A stretch of 64,000 nucleotides of DNA from Octopus bimaculoides (GCF_001194135.2 NC_068984.1:116004195-116068194), one strand, 5' to 3'; positions 25,170 through 37,713 are shown, counted from the first letter of the stretch. Notes: generated by a model from the letters alone, not told the origin. A program made the numbers and translations.

Positions 25170-25520
25170 AGATGCAATAGACATAATAAAACGAACGCAG
25201 AAGGCTTGTCAAGAAAAATGTATGGAGAAAGTATTTTTTTCAGGAAGTGGATGAAAGTATGGTTGCAGATGAAATATGGTGATAAATAAATAATTTTGAC
25301 CTAAACCTTGAAACGGAAACATTGATCTCTGCTGTAGAGGAGAATGGACTGAGAACCGATGATATCAAATTCTTTATATGTATGATATCACCGAATGCCA
25401 AGTTAGTGTAGGATACATAAATACAATGACATATGTGACATTTAATACGCGAAGGACGTGAATGTAATCAGGAGTAATATAATACAAAAGAATTATTTCT
25501 CTCTGATTGTCTACTTAGAA
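25170..25520 (+). mobile_element. Decayed R4/Dong-type LINE fragment (post-RT region)
   Basis: CQEKCME..FQEVDES..DLNLETETLISAVEENGLRTDDIK matches WQEKPMHG..GDLKxETExLIxAAQEQALRTNYIK from the region upstream of the CCHC knuckle. Confidence 0.6.
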
Positions 25521-27203
25521 TTACTAGAAAGTATAAATCAGAAGGGAGACCAACGTCTTCATATAACCCATACAGGGCTCTCAAAACTCTTTGGGATTTC
25601 GTTACCCAGTGTAGGTCTTAGTTAACAAGTACATTGCTGAATATCGGTGTGTTGGAATAAAAAAAAAAGCAGAATTAAGAAAATTAAGAAAATGGGAAAT
25701 TATAATATATATATAAATACAAATTGAGGGAGTGGAGTAGGTAAAATCCAGGCAACATATGCTTCCTGGTTAGTAGATTCTCGGAAGTAATAATTGACCA
25801 ACAAGAGGTACTCCACTAGCTACTTATGAGGCCGAAGATACCTTAGTTATATGAAGGATGCACTGTCATTAAGGAATACCAAGTTAACTTGCCGGAGATC
25901 ACGGACTGCTTGAAGCTTACTAACTTCCTACACCTAGATCATTGGCTCCAATAACACTCGCACAAAGCAACACCACACAAACACAGACACAGTCACAGAC
26001 ACAAACACATGGATATATCCTTGAATTCATAAGAATTTGCAAATTCCAAGAAACTCCAAAAACTTGAAATAATTCGTTTTAGAAATAGTGAATCTCGAAG
26101 GAAATAAATCTATATATAATAGGGTGGAAATACGGGCTAAAAACCCGTTGTATAAAGAAAATCAATTTTTTTCTATCCCAAGATTTATTTTAGTTTCATT
26201 TCCCAAAGGAACCAAAATTCAAGTGTCACTGAATGTGACTAAGAGTGCAGGGAGGCACCACATTGCTAGAAACAAACGTCGAAGACTCCTTAGCCACGAA
26301 CAAAGCACATTTCTATGTATTCACAAGGGAGGCAATCTACCCACCGCTAGCGATGGCATGAGATTGGCGCGTCTATTTCACATGTTTAAGTCACAATATA
26401 TCGATTCAAGTAATTCAGTGAAACTCAGAAAAGAGGCTCCTTAATGTATGATCTTACAAAACGCGTAGAATATATAGCACGACACAAAAGTAAAATATAA
26501 GAAGTTTATGAAATTATGAATAAAGAGAGAAATGTACGTGGAATTCTTTTAACATGCGCAAGCTTAATATCTGCATTTATTTAAAAACTGTATATATATT
26601 AATACAGACAACTCATGTAAATAATTTATCATTTATTGCAAAATATAATACAGTAAATTATTTGTGCATGTTTATTAAGCTAAGAAACTATTGTTGTTAA
26701 ATATGAATATCCATTAGTGAAATAAATTTCATCAGATTATATTTCTCTCTTCATAATTATATATATATATATATATCAATCTGTGATCATTTGAACGAAG
26801 TTCAATGAACTTAACATGGCTGTGTGAGGAGAGATGTAATGATTTCTGTGAAATGATTAAAATTATTAACTGTTTAAATAAGATATATTACGAGTATGAT
26901 ACATTAATAGATACATTAATAGTGATAGAATCGCTGCTACATTTAAGGATCTAAATAAATGATTACTTAACAACTGAAAACACAGAAAAAGAAATGCCAG
27001 AGCACCAAAAATTGCATTGAATATTAACAAATGTGTTAAATATTCAGATTAAGCATCAATTTACTTCAAAATATTTTGAACCGAAAAATTAGTAACTCTA
27101 ATTTGTTTCAGATAAACAGAAAAGCATGGAATAAGTTCTTTTGTGGAGGAAAGAAATAATAATGGTTTCTGTATATAATAATAAGTTTTCTTTTCTAATT
27201 TAG

Positions 27204-27393
27204 GGACATGGCCAATAATTTTGAGGTGGGAATGTTAGTTGATACTATCGATTCCAGTGAGTCCGAAAGAATAAAATGTGAAGTTGACCACTGCGGAACC
27301 TGGAGTCGCACCGTAGACAGCCGAAACAAAAACTGCAAGACATTCTTCTGTCGGCGTTCTAATACAGTTACTGACAAACTGCTGCCTGTGTGA
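27204..27393 (+). CDS. Candidate terminal coding exon with C-x4-C-x13-C-x4-C (unverified)
   Basis: Strong acceptor TTTTCTTTTCTAATTTAG at 27203. Reads DMANNFEVGMLVDTIDSSESERIKCEVDHCGTWSRTVDSRNKNCKTFFCRRSNTVTDKLLPV*. Non-repetitive and more GC-rich than its flanks. No homologue established. Confidence 0.4.
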
Positions 27394-27908
27394 CTTTCTA
27401 AATGGTGTGTCAACGAAAAATTACCTTGAATCTTTTTAGTGCTGCGGCCGGTTTTATTCACCCCGCTACACGTAAATGGTTGCCCATGCCTGCTCTAAGA
27501 ATTCTGCCAAATGCAATAACAATGATAATAACTTATATTTCAGATAGTCAGAAGAAGGCACTTTATGGCATAGGGCAGTAACTGATGTATTTTATTGAAC
27601 TCAAAAGGAGGAAAATTTACATTGCTCATGGCAGGAAGTAGATGCAGAATGTAGAGAGATGCATTTAAGGCTATTCTGATTATTCCCTATGTTGATATTT
27701 ACCACCTTAAGTAATGGTTACTTCCGTCAAGCCAGAATTTTGCTGTAGGCGAACAGTCATTGACTCCAATATCGATCTTGCAAGTTTGGAAGGTAAAATT
27801 GACCTCGGAGGTATATGCACTTTCAACATGAAGGACTTAAATTGAGAACGAATAACTATGTAGGGACTCCAAAATTCATTCGTAGTAGTAATAGCAGCAG
27901 ATGTGGAA

Positions 27909-27954
<46 letters not shown>

Positions 27955-28449
27955 NNNNNNNNNNNNNNNNNNNNNNNNNNNNNNNNNNNNNNNNNNNNNN
28001 NNNNNNNNNNNNNNNNNNNNNNNNNNNNNNNNNNNNNNNNNNNNNNNNNNNNNNNNNNNNNNNNNNNNNNNNNNNNNNNNNNNNNNNNNNNNNNNNNNNN
28101 NNNNNNNNNNNNNNNNNNNNNNNNNNNNNNNNNNNNNNNNNNNNNNNNNNNNNNNNNNNNNNNNNNNNNNNNNNNNNNNNNNNNNNNNNNNNNNNNNNNN
28201 NNNNNNNNNNNNNNNNNNNNNNNNNNNNNNNNNNNNNNNNNNNNNNNNNNNNNNNNNNNNNNNNNNNNNNNNNNNNNNNNNNNNNNNNNNNNNNNNNNNN
28301 NNNNNNNNNNNNNNNNNNNNNNNNNNNNGATCTATATATATACATATATATATTGTGTACTGTTCCCTGATGGTAAGATCAACAAAAAAGTACTCCATGT
28401 GGTGAGAAATAAATATTATTTAATAGATATAATACATGCATTCATGTGC

Positions 28450-28703
28450 TAGTAAAAACATGCCGAAACGATGCGTGCACATAAATTTTTTCGCAAAAAA
28501 TTTGCACAGTAAAAACATTTTTATTCACCCGTTCACGAGTTTTGTAGATAATTAAACAAAATTTTCATCATTTTGAGCCACTTAATAAATATTTCTGCCG
28601 AATTTGGTGAAAAACCGTTCAGTCGTTTTCCAGTAATTTTGCGAAAACACAGACAAAAACGAGTGATTGCAATACCCTGGTTTGCTTACGCGCGCAGGGT
28701 AAT
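28450..28703 (+). mobile_element. Possible Helentron-associated non-autonomous element (3' end with hairpin)
   Basis: GCCGAATTTGGTGAAAAACCGTTCAGTCGTTTT..ACAGACAAAAAC..GATTGCAATACCCTG-loop-CAGGGTAAT, with a 7-bp stem at 28673-28679 / 28695-28701. Confidence 0.4.
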
Positions 28704-30897
28704 AGTAGTTGTTAGTGTTGCTGTAGGAGTAATAGTCGTCGTTATATAGTAGGAGAGATAGAAAGATTAAGAGGATCAGGTGAACGCCAGATAGTATTTA
28801 ATTACGGAGCATTAGTTTCCAAGTTGAAATTCTGTCAGGGTCAACAATTTCTATGTAAATTTAGAGGTCGATAAAGCACAGAACCAGTTATATATATTGT
28901 GGGGAATCTAATTGACTGTAACCTACAACAAAACGTGTGGTTTGTACGTAGGCAAGAATTCATTGTTGTTATTGATGTTGTTGGATATATTTGGGATTTA
29001 TCTGTGTTTGTAGAATTGTCAGCCCTGACAAGGTGTAAGATAAACCCTGAGTATAGATATGACACTATAGTATAAGGTCTTCACTTTTGTTTTCTTTACA
29101 ATGGCTTAAATTATGACAACGCGGAGCAAATCCATTTTAATCTATTGATTGTCCGTTACCTGTCTCTTTTAAATAACTTGGAAATTTATGGAAACTTCCA
29201 AGTAGTTCCAGAAATGTTTTATTGTCTTTGAACGGTGCATGGAAGATGTCGGAAACAGTATTTCCTCTTCTGTGCACTCTCATGTAAAATATATGAGAAG
29301 ATAATTAATTTGACATTTGATGAAGTTTTCAAGAAATAGCATGAGAATTTCCAATTCCAAATATTGGAAAACCACCGTATTGGTAGATTTTTAACTCTCC
29401 ACTATAAATGCTTGTCAAAATATGCTTCTACATGTTGGGATATATCTATGACTGTTTCGTTTAGGATATTTATTATCTGGAAAATGAAAGACATCGAGCT
29501 CTATATTCTTAAGCTATAAGACTAAAGGAAAAAGCAATGAAAATGAAACAAAAACGTGATATGTTGAGCGTTTTAAACTAATGGTGGATTTGATAAATAG
29601 TGAGATAACAACAATATGAAATAAATTTACATTATCTTCATAAAGGGTTTATCCGCGGACAAGCTGGACTCAACTAGAGGCCTATTGACCACTATACTCA
29701 ATTGAAATGTGTGGTGCAGATTAATAAGCAATGGTAAATGAAGCTAGAACTAACATTATGGTAAGAGAATGACACAAAATCAAACTTGATGAGAATAAAC
29801 AAGGCGTTAACATCTTCGCCGTTGAATGCTTTAAGGACATAACAGCATCACTCAGGGTCTATATAATACATCCAGTTACTATTGGCTATCAGAACATAAC
29901 ACAGAATTTATGTAAGAAGATTTAAGTGAAAAAGATGAAAATAGACGAACAGAAATTTAGTTGCGCATTATCACGCATTCATTATATCAATACAAAAAAA
30001 CACAGGGTGTGATATAACACTATTCTAGGTATGTTGTTGCTCATTTATCATGTCACACAGCTATTCACCATAACAAGGTTTTATATCCATAATTGTATAA
30101 ATAATGTTTAATAATTTATTTTTCATCATGTTTTAGGAACAAATTAGACACTTTTCTACGACTGACTCCGTCGATTTAATGTCATTATTGAATAATTCTG
30201 TTCTTTAAAAACAAACATATATACTGACATGTAGGCTGTTTATTTCCATTTTGTGGAGATAGGTATATTAGAAATAATACAACACACTACTAGCTTTAAT
30301 AATGCACAACTTTTCTGTAAGATAGATTAGTTTTCTATTAGCGCCTAACTGCAATACATTCTAAACAAAAATGACACTGGTAAAGGGTGACCTAGCGAAT
30401 GAAGGTATTAAAGGAACGAAAATGTTCAATAACTAAAACAAACATACTGTATACTAAAGTCAAAAATTATATATTGTATACGAAATAAAGAGCCGCTCTA
30501 TCACAAAGACAAAGCGGTAGCTCTGAAACTCGGTAGCAGCAGAAATTCTCGATGAAAAGTTTGGAACTTTTCGGGAGGTTTCTCAAGCATATTATCCTGG
30601 CTCGGGACTTTACTGTTTACGAAAATAATATACCAAGTACATACTCTGATTAGTTTCCACTCTGTTTCCTTTTAAATCAGTTGTCACTAAACTGGCTGTC
30701 ACCTACATGTCCAGTTGTTTACTTACCCTGTCAGTTGTTTTGTCCTCTTCTTAGAGGACACCCATTTGCACAGTCGCCTACTTTGTTGTTACTGTTACCC
30801 AGATGCCCTAGTTGTTTTGTTGAATTGGTCGACACTCAATTGCACAGTCGCTTAGGCTGTCATCCTGTTCTTCGTTTACGTATATAGTTGTAGATTC

Positions 30898-31300
30898 TTT
30901 GAAATGTCCCCTAGGTAATCTTAACTTATTTAACCTGCCACGAAACCATTACATGGGCATAACATCGGAGTGCATGTCGTCTATCGATGTATTTCTGACT
31001 TAACGATTGGACAAATAGCTGATGTGAAATGCTCCATTCATCTGATTACATAATCTTGAAATTAGACTCCTGTCACGCTATTTTGTTCTTATTGCTAGTA
31101 TAAATAATTTGAAATGTCGCCTAGTTAATCGTTATTTATCCTGCTACGAAGCCATCACTTGGAAATCACTTGTGAAAGTACTGCGTCTATCGATATATTA
31201 CTGACTTAACGACTGGATGGGTAGGTGAGGTAAATAGCTCCATTCATCTGATTACATAATCTTGAAATTAACATCCTGTCTCGTTATTTTGTTTTTATTT
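30898..31300. repeat. Diverged tandem duplication, 210-bp period
   Basis: TTTGAAATGTC.CCTAG.TAATC at 30898 and 31108. Both copies share GCTCCATTCATCTGATTACATAATCTTGAAATTA and CGTCTATCGAT.TATT.CTGACTTAACGA. Confidence 0.9.
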
Positions 31301-32039
31301 TTAATGTCACTATGTATTGATTCATTCAACCACCTAAAATCTTACCGCTGTTCCTGCTTTTACTCCAAATATTTCAACACTCTTTTGACTTTCACTCTGA
31401 ATTACAGACTAATGAGTAATAATATTTCGTTTTAATTAGTGTTTTTTTTTTCATTAGAGTATAGGCAGCTTCTTATTTGTACTTTAATGTTTTCTCATTA
31501 GGCTAATTACTTTCCATTTGTTTATTTTATTACACCTAAATAGTTTTTTTGGTTCTGTTGTTTGTTTATACTGGTTCTTTTTCTGTCAAGCTCTGTCAGC
31601 CCTCTGTGCAGCCTACGTTTCTCTCATACTCACACATGTGTATATATAAGTATCTTAGTGTGTGTATGTGTATATAAATCTGTGTATGTATGTACGTATG
31701 TATGTATATGTATGCATATATGCATGTATGTATGTATACATGTATGAACATACTACGTACACACACACAAGAACGCGCGCGCACACACATACATGCATAT
31801 ATATACATATATAATAAAAATAGATAAATGAATTATCTGATGTTTCTACAGTTCTTTCGTTAAAAGTCTTTATGTTGACATAAACATAACATAGCCAAGT
31901 ATGCATAATGCGCAACATTCCTAAGATTGCGTAATATGTTACGCAACTCTCAACTCATCAGGATAACCCAATAAGCAAGTGAACAATGACATGTTGCGTA
32001 ACCAAGAGATCATCAACAAATATGTTGTTTTAGAATTCT

Positions 32040-32290
32040 AGTAGTAGTTTTCTTTCTTCTCCTATTTAAGTGTTGAAGTACTTCATAATTACGCTGGTGT
32101 ATTATTTTTAGTACGGAGTCGGTGACTATTTTCAAATTAGCGTTAATGTAGTATTCTTTGGTTTCTCTGTAGCATTCCTAGGCATCTTTGTTAGTCGTTC
32201 CTTGAATACTCCTCATCATGTTTCTGTAGGACTCTCTTCCACTGTCTCTCTCTTAGTGATCCTGTATATGTTTCCTCTTGATATTTTTGT
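32040..32290 (-). mobile_element. Possible highly decayed R4/Dong-type LINE fragment
   Basis: Minus strand HIQDH*ERDSGRESYRNMMRSIQGTTNKDA*E..NLKIVTDSV is weakly similar to the W..K.LHG.F.R....W.WL..NLK.ETE region. Confidence 0.3.
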
Positions 32291-32834
32291 TTCTTGTTAT
32301 CTGTTTGAAAGAGGGTTGGCTGGCAAAACTGATACACCGTCGGATAAAATTCTCGGCGTTATTTATTCCGGCTGTTTGAATTTCGCGTTCAAATCCTGCT
32401 GGGGTTCGATTTTACTCCTCATTCTTCTGGGTCAAAGAAATATAGCGCAATTCAAATCCTGCTAGGGGCTGATTTAATCTATTGCCAGTCTCTACCAACA
32501 AGTGAATGAATCGAGTATGTTTTCGTATGATTGCAACTACATAAGCACCTAAAATAATTAGCGAAAGAACGATAGATGCTACCAAGTGATGCATGTTCGC
32601 GGATGTTGGCTCTCCTGTAAAAGTACCACATATTACAGACCAACAAAATGTATAACACACACATCCAGCAATTCACACACAACATACACAGTTACACAAC
32701 AAACTCTCTCTCCAAATCAAACGAGACTATATATATTTATCCTGTTAATTTGATTTAATCACTACTTATATGAATGTTTCTGTTGTAATTTTTTGATTAA
32801 ATGTCCAGATCTATTTTCTTTGTTATTACTCCAA

Positions 32835-33270
32835 CATTCCTGATTGCCACTGTTAGATCATTTAAAATTTGGTACAAGGCTATAAATTTTAGGGTAGTGG
32901 AGACGTCAACTACATGATCTCTAGTGCTCAAATGGTTCTTATATAATCGACACTGAAAGGGTGAAAGACAAAGTTAAATTCGATAGTGTTTGAAGAAAGA
33001 ATGTAATAAGTCGGGGGAAACGCTGCTAAGTATTTTGCCTGAGGTACAAACGTTTCTGCATCTTTGTTACTTTAATAATAATTGTTTCCAGACGAGAGCA
33101 AATTAAATGAGGTGGATAGTCCGTTATATTTAACTGGTACTTTTATCGACCTCGAAAAATGAAGGAGTAAGTCAATCTCAGCGGACTTTGAACACAGAAC
33201 GTAATAAGACGGGAGAATGCTGCTTAAGTATTTTATCTGAGGCGCAAACGGTTCCGCCAGCTCGCCAACA
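32835..33270 (-). mobile_element. Two tandem family-B SINE units
   Basis: GGTACAAGGCTATAAATTT..GAAAGGGTGAAAGACAAAG..CGCTGCTAAGTATTTTGCCTGAGG at 32835-33075, and ATCGACCTCGAAAA..GGACTTTGAACACAGAACG..CCGCCAGCTCGCC at 33125-33270. Confidence 0.7.
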
Positions 33271-34379
33271 CATTTAGCGTGAATAATACTACTTAGCTGT
33301 TATCCGAAAAAAAATCCATTAACACTGATTAAAAGACAATGAATCAAACTGTAAGCAATCCTGTGCTGAACGTTACTCTGTATCATAAATGTATTATGAA
33401 TGTATTATGTATGCTCGTATTAGAAGGCGTCTGGATAATGCGTGTAAACAAACTAATGAAACATAAATCAAACTAGCAGCAGACCGGTTCAGAGCCACCA
33501 TAAAAAAATTACAAACGACATTAGTGAAACAAGTATTATTCAGCTGAAGCTGAGGAATACATAATTCGAATTTGATGCATAAACATTTCAAATAAGCATA
33601 AACCAACAGACATGGGGATTTACAGCAGTTCTACTGGCGAAAGTGTTAGAAGTTCTTGTTTTTTTTTTTTTTAAAAAAAGACTATTTATAGTAGCAATTG
33701 GAGGAAAAAAGTAGCAGGCAGGCGCTGCATGATTTAGTTTACATTCAACCATATTTATTGTTATTTAACAGTATGAAATTATCAGCCCTGCCAAAGATAC
33801 AAGACAAGTGTATCATATTATGTGAACAATAAACACAACCATGTTAGTAAGCTATTGGAACAATAAATCGAGATATAACTTTTAAGTATTATATATATCT
33901 CTACTGGTGTTTTAGTGCAAGTAGAACAGGGAGCTGATCCCTTAAAAGATATCTGCTGCGTCATAATTTGGTAAGGTTGTTGTGTAGGCACTTGATCAGA
34001 ATTCAGCATACGCTAGTCAGGGCAATTTCCAGGCATCTTCAGGAAGTGATTTGGGAATCTCTCATCAGGTTTGAATTTGGCTTTATCATTCACCTGGGGT
34101 GTCTCCTCTCACTGTACTTCCTAATTGCTGCGGTATCACGAATGTCAGCATAATGAGGATTTTATAGATGAATTTACTGAAGTAAAACTTGGTCTTAATA
34201 GTGGATATCGTTGTTTAACAGAGCTCTTCCGTCCGAAGATATTCAGGCTAGCATGTGCATTCCTGTAGCTGTTTTCCAACGAACAGAGAAGAGGTGTTCA
34301 TGCTGTATTTATTTCGTAGTTGTACGTAAAAGAGGTCCACATTATGGGAGTACAGATTCCCGTAAGATCATTAGATTCT

Positions 34380-35770
34380 TCAATTCAAGCGATAATATGA
34401 TTTTCATAATGATACCAATACAATATTCTCACTGGTTATTACCATATCTATTGTTTATAAATCTTGGATTTATTGGTTATGTAATTTTATGCCTTTTATG
34501 GTTATTACCATATCTAATGTTTATAAATCTTAGATTTATTGGTTATGTACTTTTATGCCTTTTAGTCATTTCAGAGGTACTTATCATTATAGAAATTGTT
34601 TTATCTTTCAAGTCTTCATATTCTGCTAGCGGTATTTCTAGATCTTTATATGCAGATAATTTCTCCATTTCTTTCTATGATACATACCACGTATGGATGA
34701 ATAGGAAGTATGTCAATAATAGTCAATAGATTAACTGTGATATTCCTGTCAGTATAGTTTTGCCTCTCCCAAATTATGCCTTTATCCGACAGCTTTCCTG
34801 CTGCATATTTGGAACATTTCTTCTATCATATGAAAACAAATGTGTCATACATGTAACAGTATTCTTTCTTGGCAGCCAGAGTTAGTGTGGTTAATTAATT
34901 CTTCCTAGGCGCCATGTATTTTGTAGTTAATTAAAGTACTCTGAACTTTAGGTCCTTCACTTCCCAAATATATTGCGATTTTCCTTTGCCTATTTCATCT
35001 CATCCAGTTATTGTTTTGGGTATTGGCTACGTAGGCTTTCGGTAGCAGCATTTTTAGTTTAATTTTAATTTTCTTTTACATAATTTCTATTGCTGTTGGT
35101 TCTTTCTCCTCACAATTGTTTGTCATTTCAGCTTTTCTTTGAAATTTTCAAGAAAACAAAATAGATTTGTTTTGTTTCAAAGCTATTTGTATTAATTTCT
35201 CGTTTTTACTAAACATTTTTGTAGTTCTGTATTGTCTATATTATAATAATTTTCTAGTTGCACAAGTATCACATATTCCCTATTTCTGGTAAATACAATT
35301 TTTCAATGACAAATTTAGAGTTGTAATATCTAAATGCAGTTATTATTTTCGTTGCTTTTCTGTCTAGTTTCCTTCGTTCATTTAGCGACTCGTTGAGCAT
35401 ATCATTATAAATTAATCCCGGGATAGTTAGAGTATTGAGGTTTATTATTATTACTTATTTTTTTTTTTAGTGTTCGCATTTAACTTAGATTTAGGTATTA
35501 ATATAATACGTCTATAATATTCCTGTCTAGATTTTCTTTTCATTTCTCTGTGTTAAACTCTGTCTAGTTCATTAATTCTTAAGTATTTGTAAGTCTGTGC
35601 CTGGTTTAAGTCTCCTATCTCTCTTTATCTAACATAATACTAGTGTTCTTAATTTTCCTGTCTGCAAGGCTGCCTTGTCGCATGTTCCTAATCCGAATAT
35701 CATATTAATTCTTCTCATAAATCCGAATGCTGTCTTCAGTGAGTAAATCAAGAAGATATACCTAACACGT
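34380..35770 (-). mobile_element. Old, heavily mutated R4/Dong-clade LINE (RT C-terminus through RLE)
   Basis: In order on the minus strand: INMIFGLGTCDKAALQTGKL (cf. IKMEFGLDKCAK..GKL), QTYKYLRINE..EMK..RQEYYRRI..SKLNAN, RKLDRKATKIITAFRY..IEKLYLPE, LAAKKEY..YD, and KEMEKLSAYKDLEI. Contains a 66-bp internal tandem duplication at 34434-34564. Confidence 0.8.
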
Positions 35771-35924
35771 TTTGGTTATCTTGTTAATTTTCCTCTCTTC
35801 AAGGTTGCTTTGGATCATATTTGTAATCCGAATTAACGTACCAACTCCTATAAGTAGTAAGTTCATAGATTGTCTGCAACATTGTTTACAGTTGGTAAAT
35901 AAATAGGCGTACTGACCGCACTAT

Positions 35925-36165
35925 CGCCACCGCCACCACCATCACCACCACCACCAGCACCACCAGCACCACCAGCACCACCACCACCACCACCAGCACA
36001 ATTATAATCATCATCGTCATCGTCGTCGTCGTCGGTGTCGTCGTCGCAATCACCAGCATCACCATCTTCCTCCCCTTCCTCCTCTTCCTCATTAACACCA
36101 CCACCACAAATAACATCACCACCACCACCACTACCACCACTACTATTATTACTACTATTATTATT
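35925..36165. repeat. Compound trinucleotide repeat (CAC/CAG/CAT/CGT/CTC/TAC/TAT)
   Basis: Read directly; generates the poly-G/D/E and poly-V/P ORFs. Confidence 0.9.
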
Positions 36166-36334
36166 GAGTGAGAGAGCAGTGCATGCCATCAAATCGACAC
36201 TGGGGCAAAATATACAAAGCCCAATAAACCCAACATGACTACCCATGTAATAAGGGTACACCATGCACATGCATCACAGCCAAATGTGCGCGACATGGTG
36301 ATATCATATCAAGATAAACAGCGCATGACCTCGC
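36166..36334 (-). mobile_element. 3' end of an (AAT)n-tailed retroelement
   Basis: A unique 169-bp GC-richer block. On the minus strand it ends GCATGCACTGCTCTCTCACTC-(AAT)n and begins at a (TAT)n tract. I recall it as a common octopus repeat terminus; no coding motif is proven. Confidence 0.55.
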
Positions 36335-36356
36335 TATTATTATTATTATTATTATT

Positions 36357-36568
36357 GTTCAGTAGTTTTATTTTTATAACGTGCTTTCACTTCACTACCG
36401 AGCGCAGCTCTATGCGCCTTGGGTATGTGCTGTGGTTTGCTGTGGTGCTCTTATGTTTACTGTATTGAAAGTGTTTTGCGTAGAATGTGTGCAGTACCCA
36501 GTAGTGCAATTTTCTGTATGTTATATATATTTGTGAGTCCTGGTGTTTTTGTTATGTATTTGTCTGAA
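36357..36568 (-). mobile_element. Young 5'-truncated R4/Dong-type LINE 3' end inside (TAA)n
   Basis: Intact frame SDKYITKTPGLTNIYNIQKIALLGTAHILRKTLSIQ* (stop 36457-36459) and ~100-bp 3' UTR, with (AAT)n on both sides (36335-36356 and 36569-36616). Confidence 0.85.
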
Positions 36569-36616
<48 letters not shown>

Positions 36617-37713
36617 NNNNNNNNNNNNNNNNNNNNNNNNNNNNNNNNNNNNNNNNNNNNNNNNNNNNNNNNNNNNNNNNNNNNNNNNNNNNNNNNNNNN
36701 NNNNNNNNNNNNNNNNNNNNNNNNNNNNNNNNNNNNNNNNNNNNNNNNNNNNNNNNNNNNNNNNNNNNNNNNNNNNNNNNNNNNNNNNNNNNNNNNNNNN
36801 NNNNNNNNNNNNNNNNNNNNNNNNNNNNNNNNNNNNNNNNNNNNNNNNNNNNNNNNNNNNNNNNNNNNNNNNNNNNNNNNNNNNNNNNNNNNNNNNNNNN
36901 NNNNNNNNNNNNNNNNNNNNNNNNNNNNNNNNNNNNNNNNNNNNNNNNNNNNNNNNNNNNNNNNNNNNNNNNNNNNNNNNNNNNNNNNNNNNNNNNNNNN
37001 NNNNNNNNNNNNNNNNNNNNNNNNNNNNNNNNNNNNNNNNNNNNNNNNNNNNNNNNNNNNNNNNNNNNNNNNNNNNNNNNNNNNNNNNNNNNNNNNNNNN
37101 NNNNNNNNNNNNNNNNNNNNNNNNNNNNNNNNNNNNNNNNNNNNNNNNNNNNNNNNNNNNNNNNNNNNNNNNNNNNNNNNNNNNNNNNNNNNNNNNNNNN
37201 NNNNNNNNNNNNNNNNNNNNNNNNNNNNNNNNNNNNNNNNNNNNNNNNNNNNNNNNNNNNNNNNNNNNNNNNNNNNNNNNNNNNNNNNNNNNNNNNNNNN
37301 NNNNNNNNNNNNNNNNNNNNNNNNNNNNNNNNNNNNNNNNNNNNNNNNNNNNNNNNNNNNNNNNNNNNNNNNNNNNNNNNNNNNNNNNNNNNNNNNNNNN
37401 NNNNNNNNNNNNNNNNNNNNNNNNNNNNNNNNNNNNNNNNNNNNNNNNNNNNNNNNNNNNNNNNNNNNNNNNNNNNNNNNNNNNNNNNNNNNNNNNNNNN
37501 NNNNNNNNNNNNNNNNNNNNNNNNNNNNNNNNNNNNACTTCTGGAAACTGCCCAAAATAACTAGCGATATTTTTTTCCGATTCTTTACGTACTGAGTTCA
37601 GGTCCCATCAAGATGAACTTTGCCTTTCGTTTCTCTGAGGTCAGTGAAATAAGGTAATAGTCAAATGCTGGAGTCGGCATAATTGATTAGAAGTTTCGGG
37701 ACTTGTGCTTCTA

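Noticed and set aside
30725-30900. Strong minus-strand donor CAGG|GTAAGT at 30727
   Set aside because: All frames upstream close within ~65 bp, there is no acceptor with a pyrimidine tract, and it lies in a degenerate duplication.
35863-36270. Gly/Asp/Glu-rich 135-aa ORF
   Set aside because: It is a compound trinucleotide repeat joined to a retroelement 3' end.
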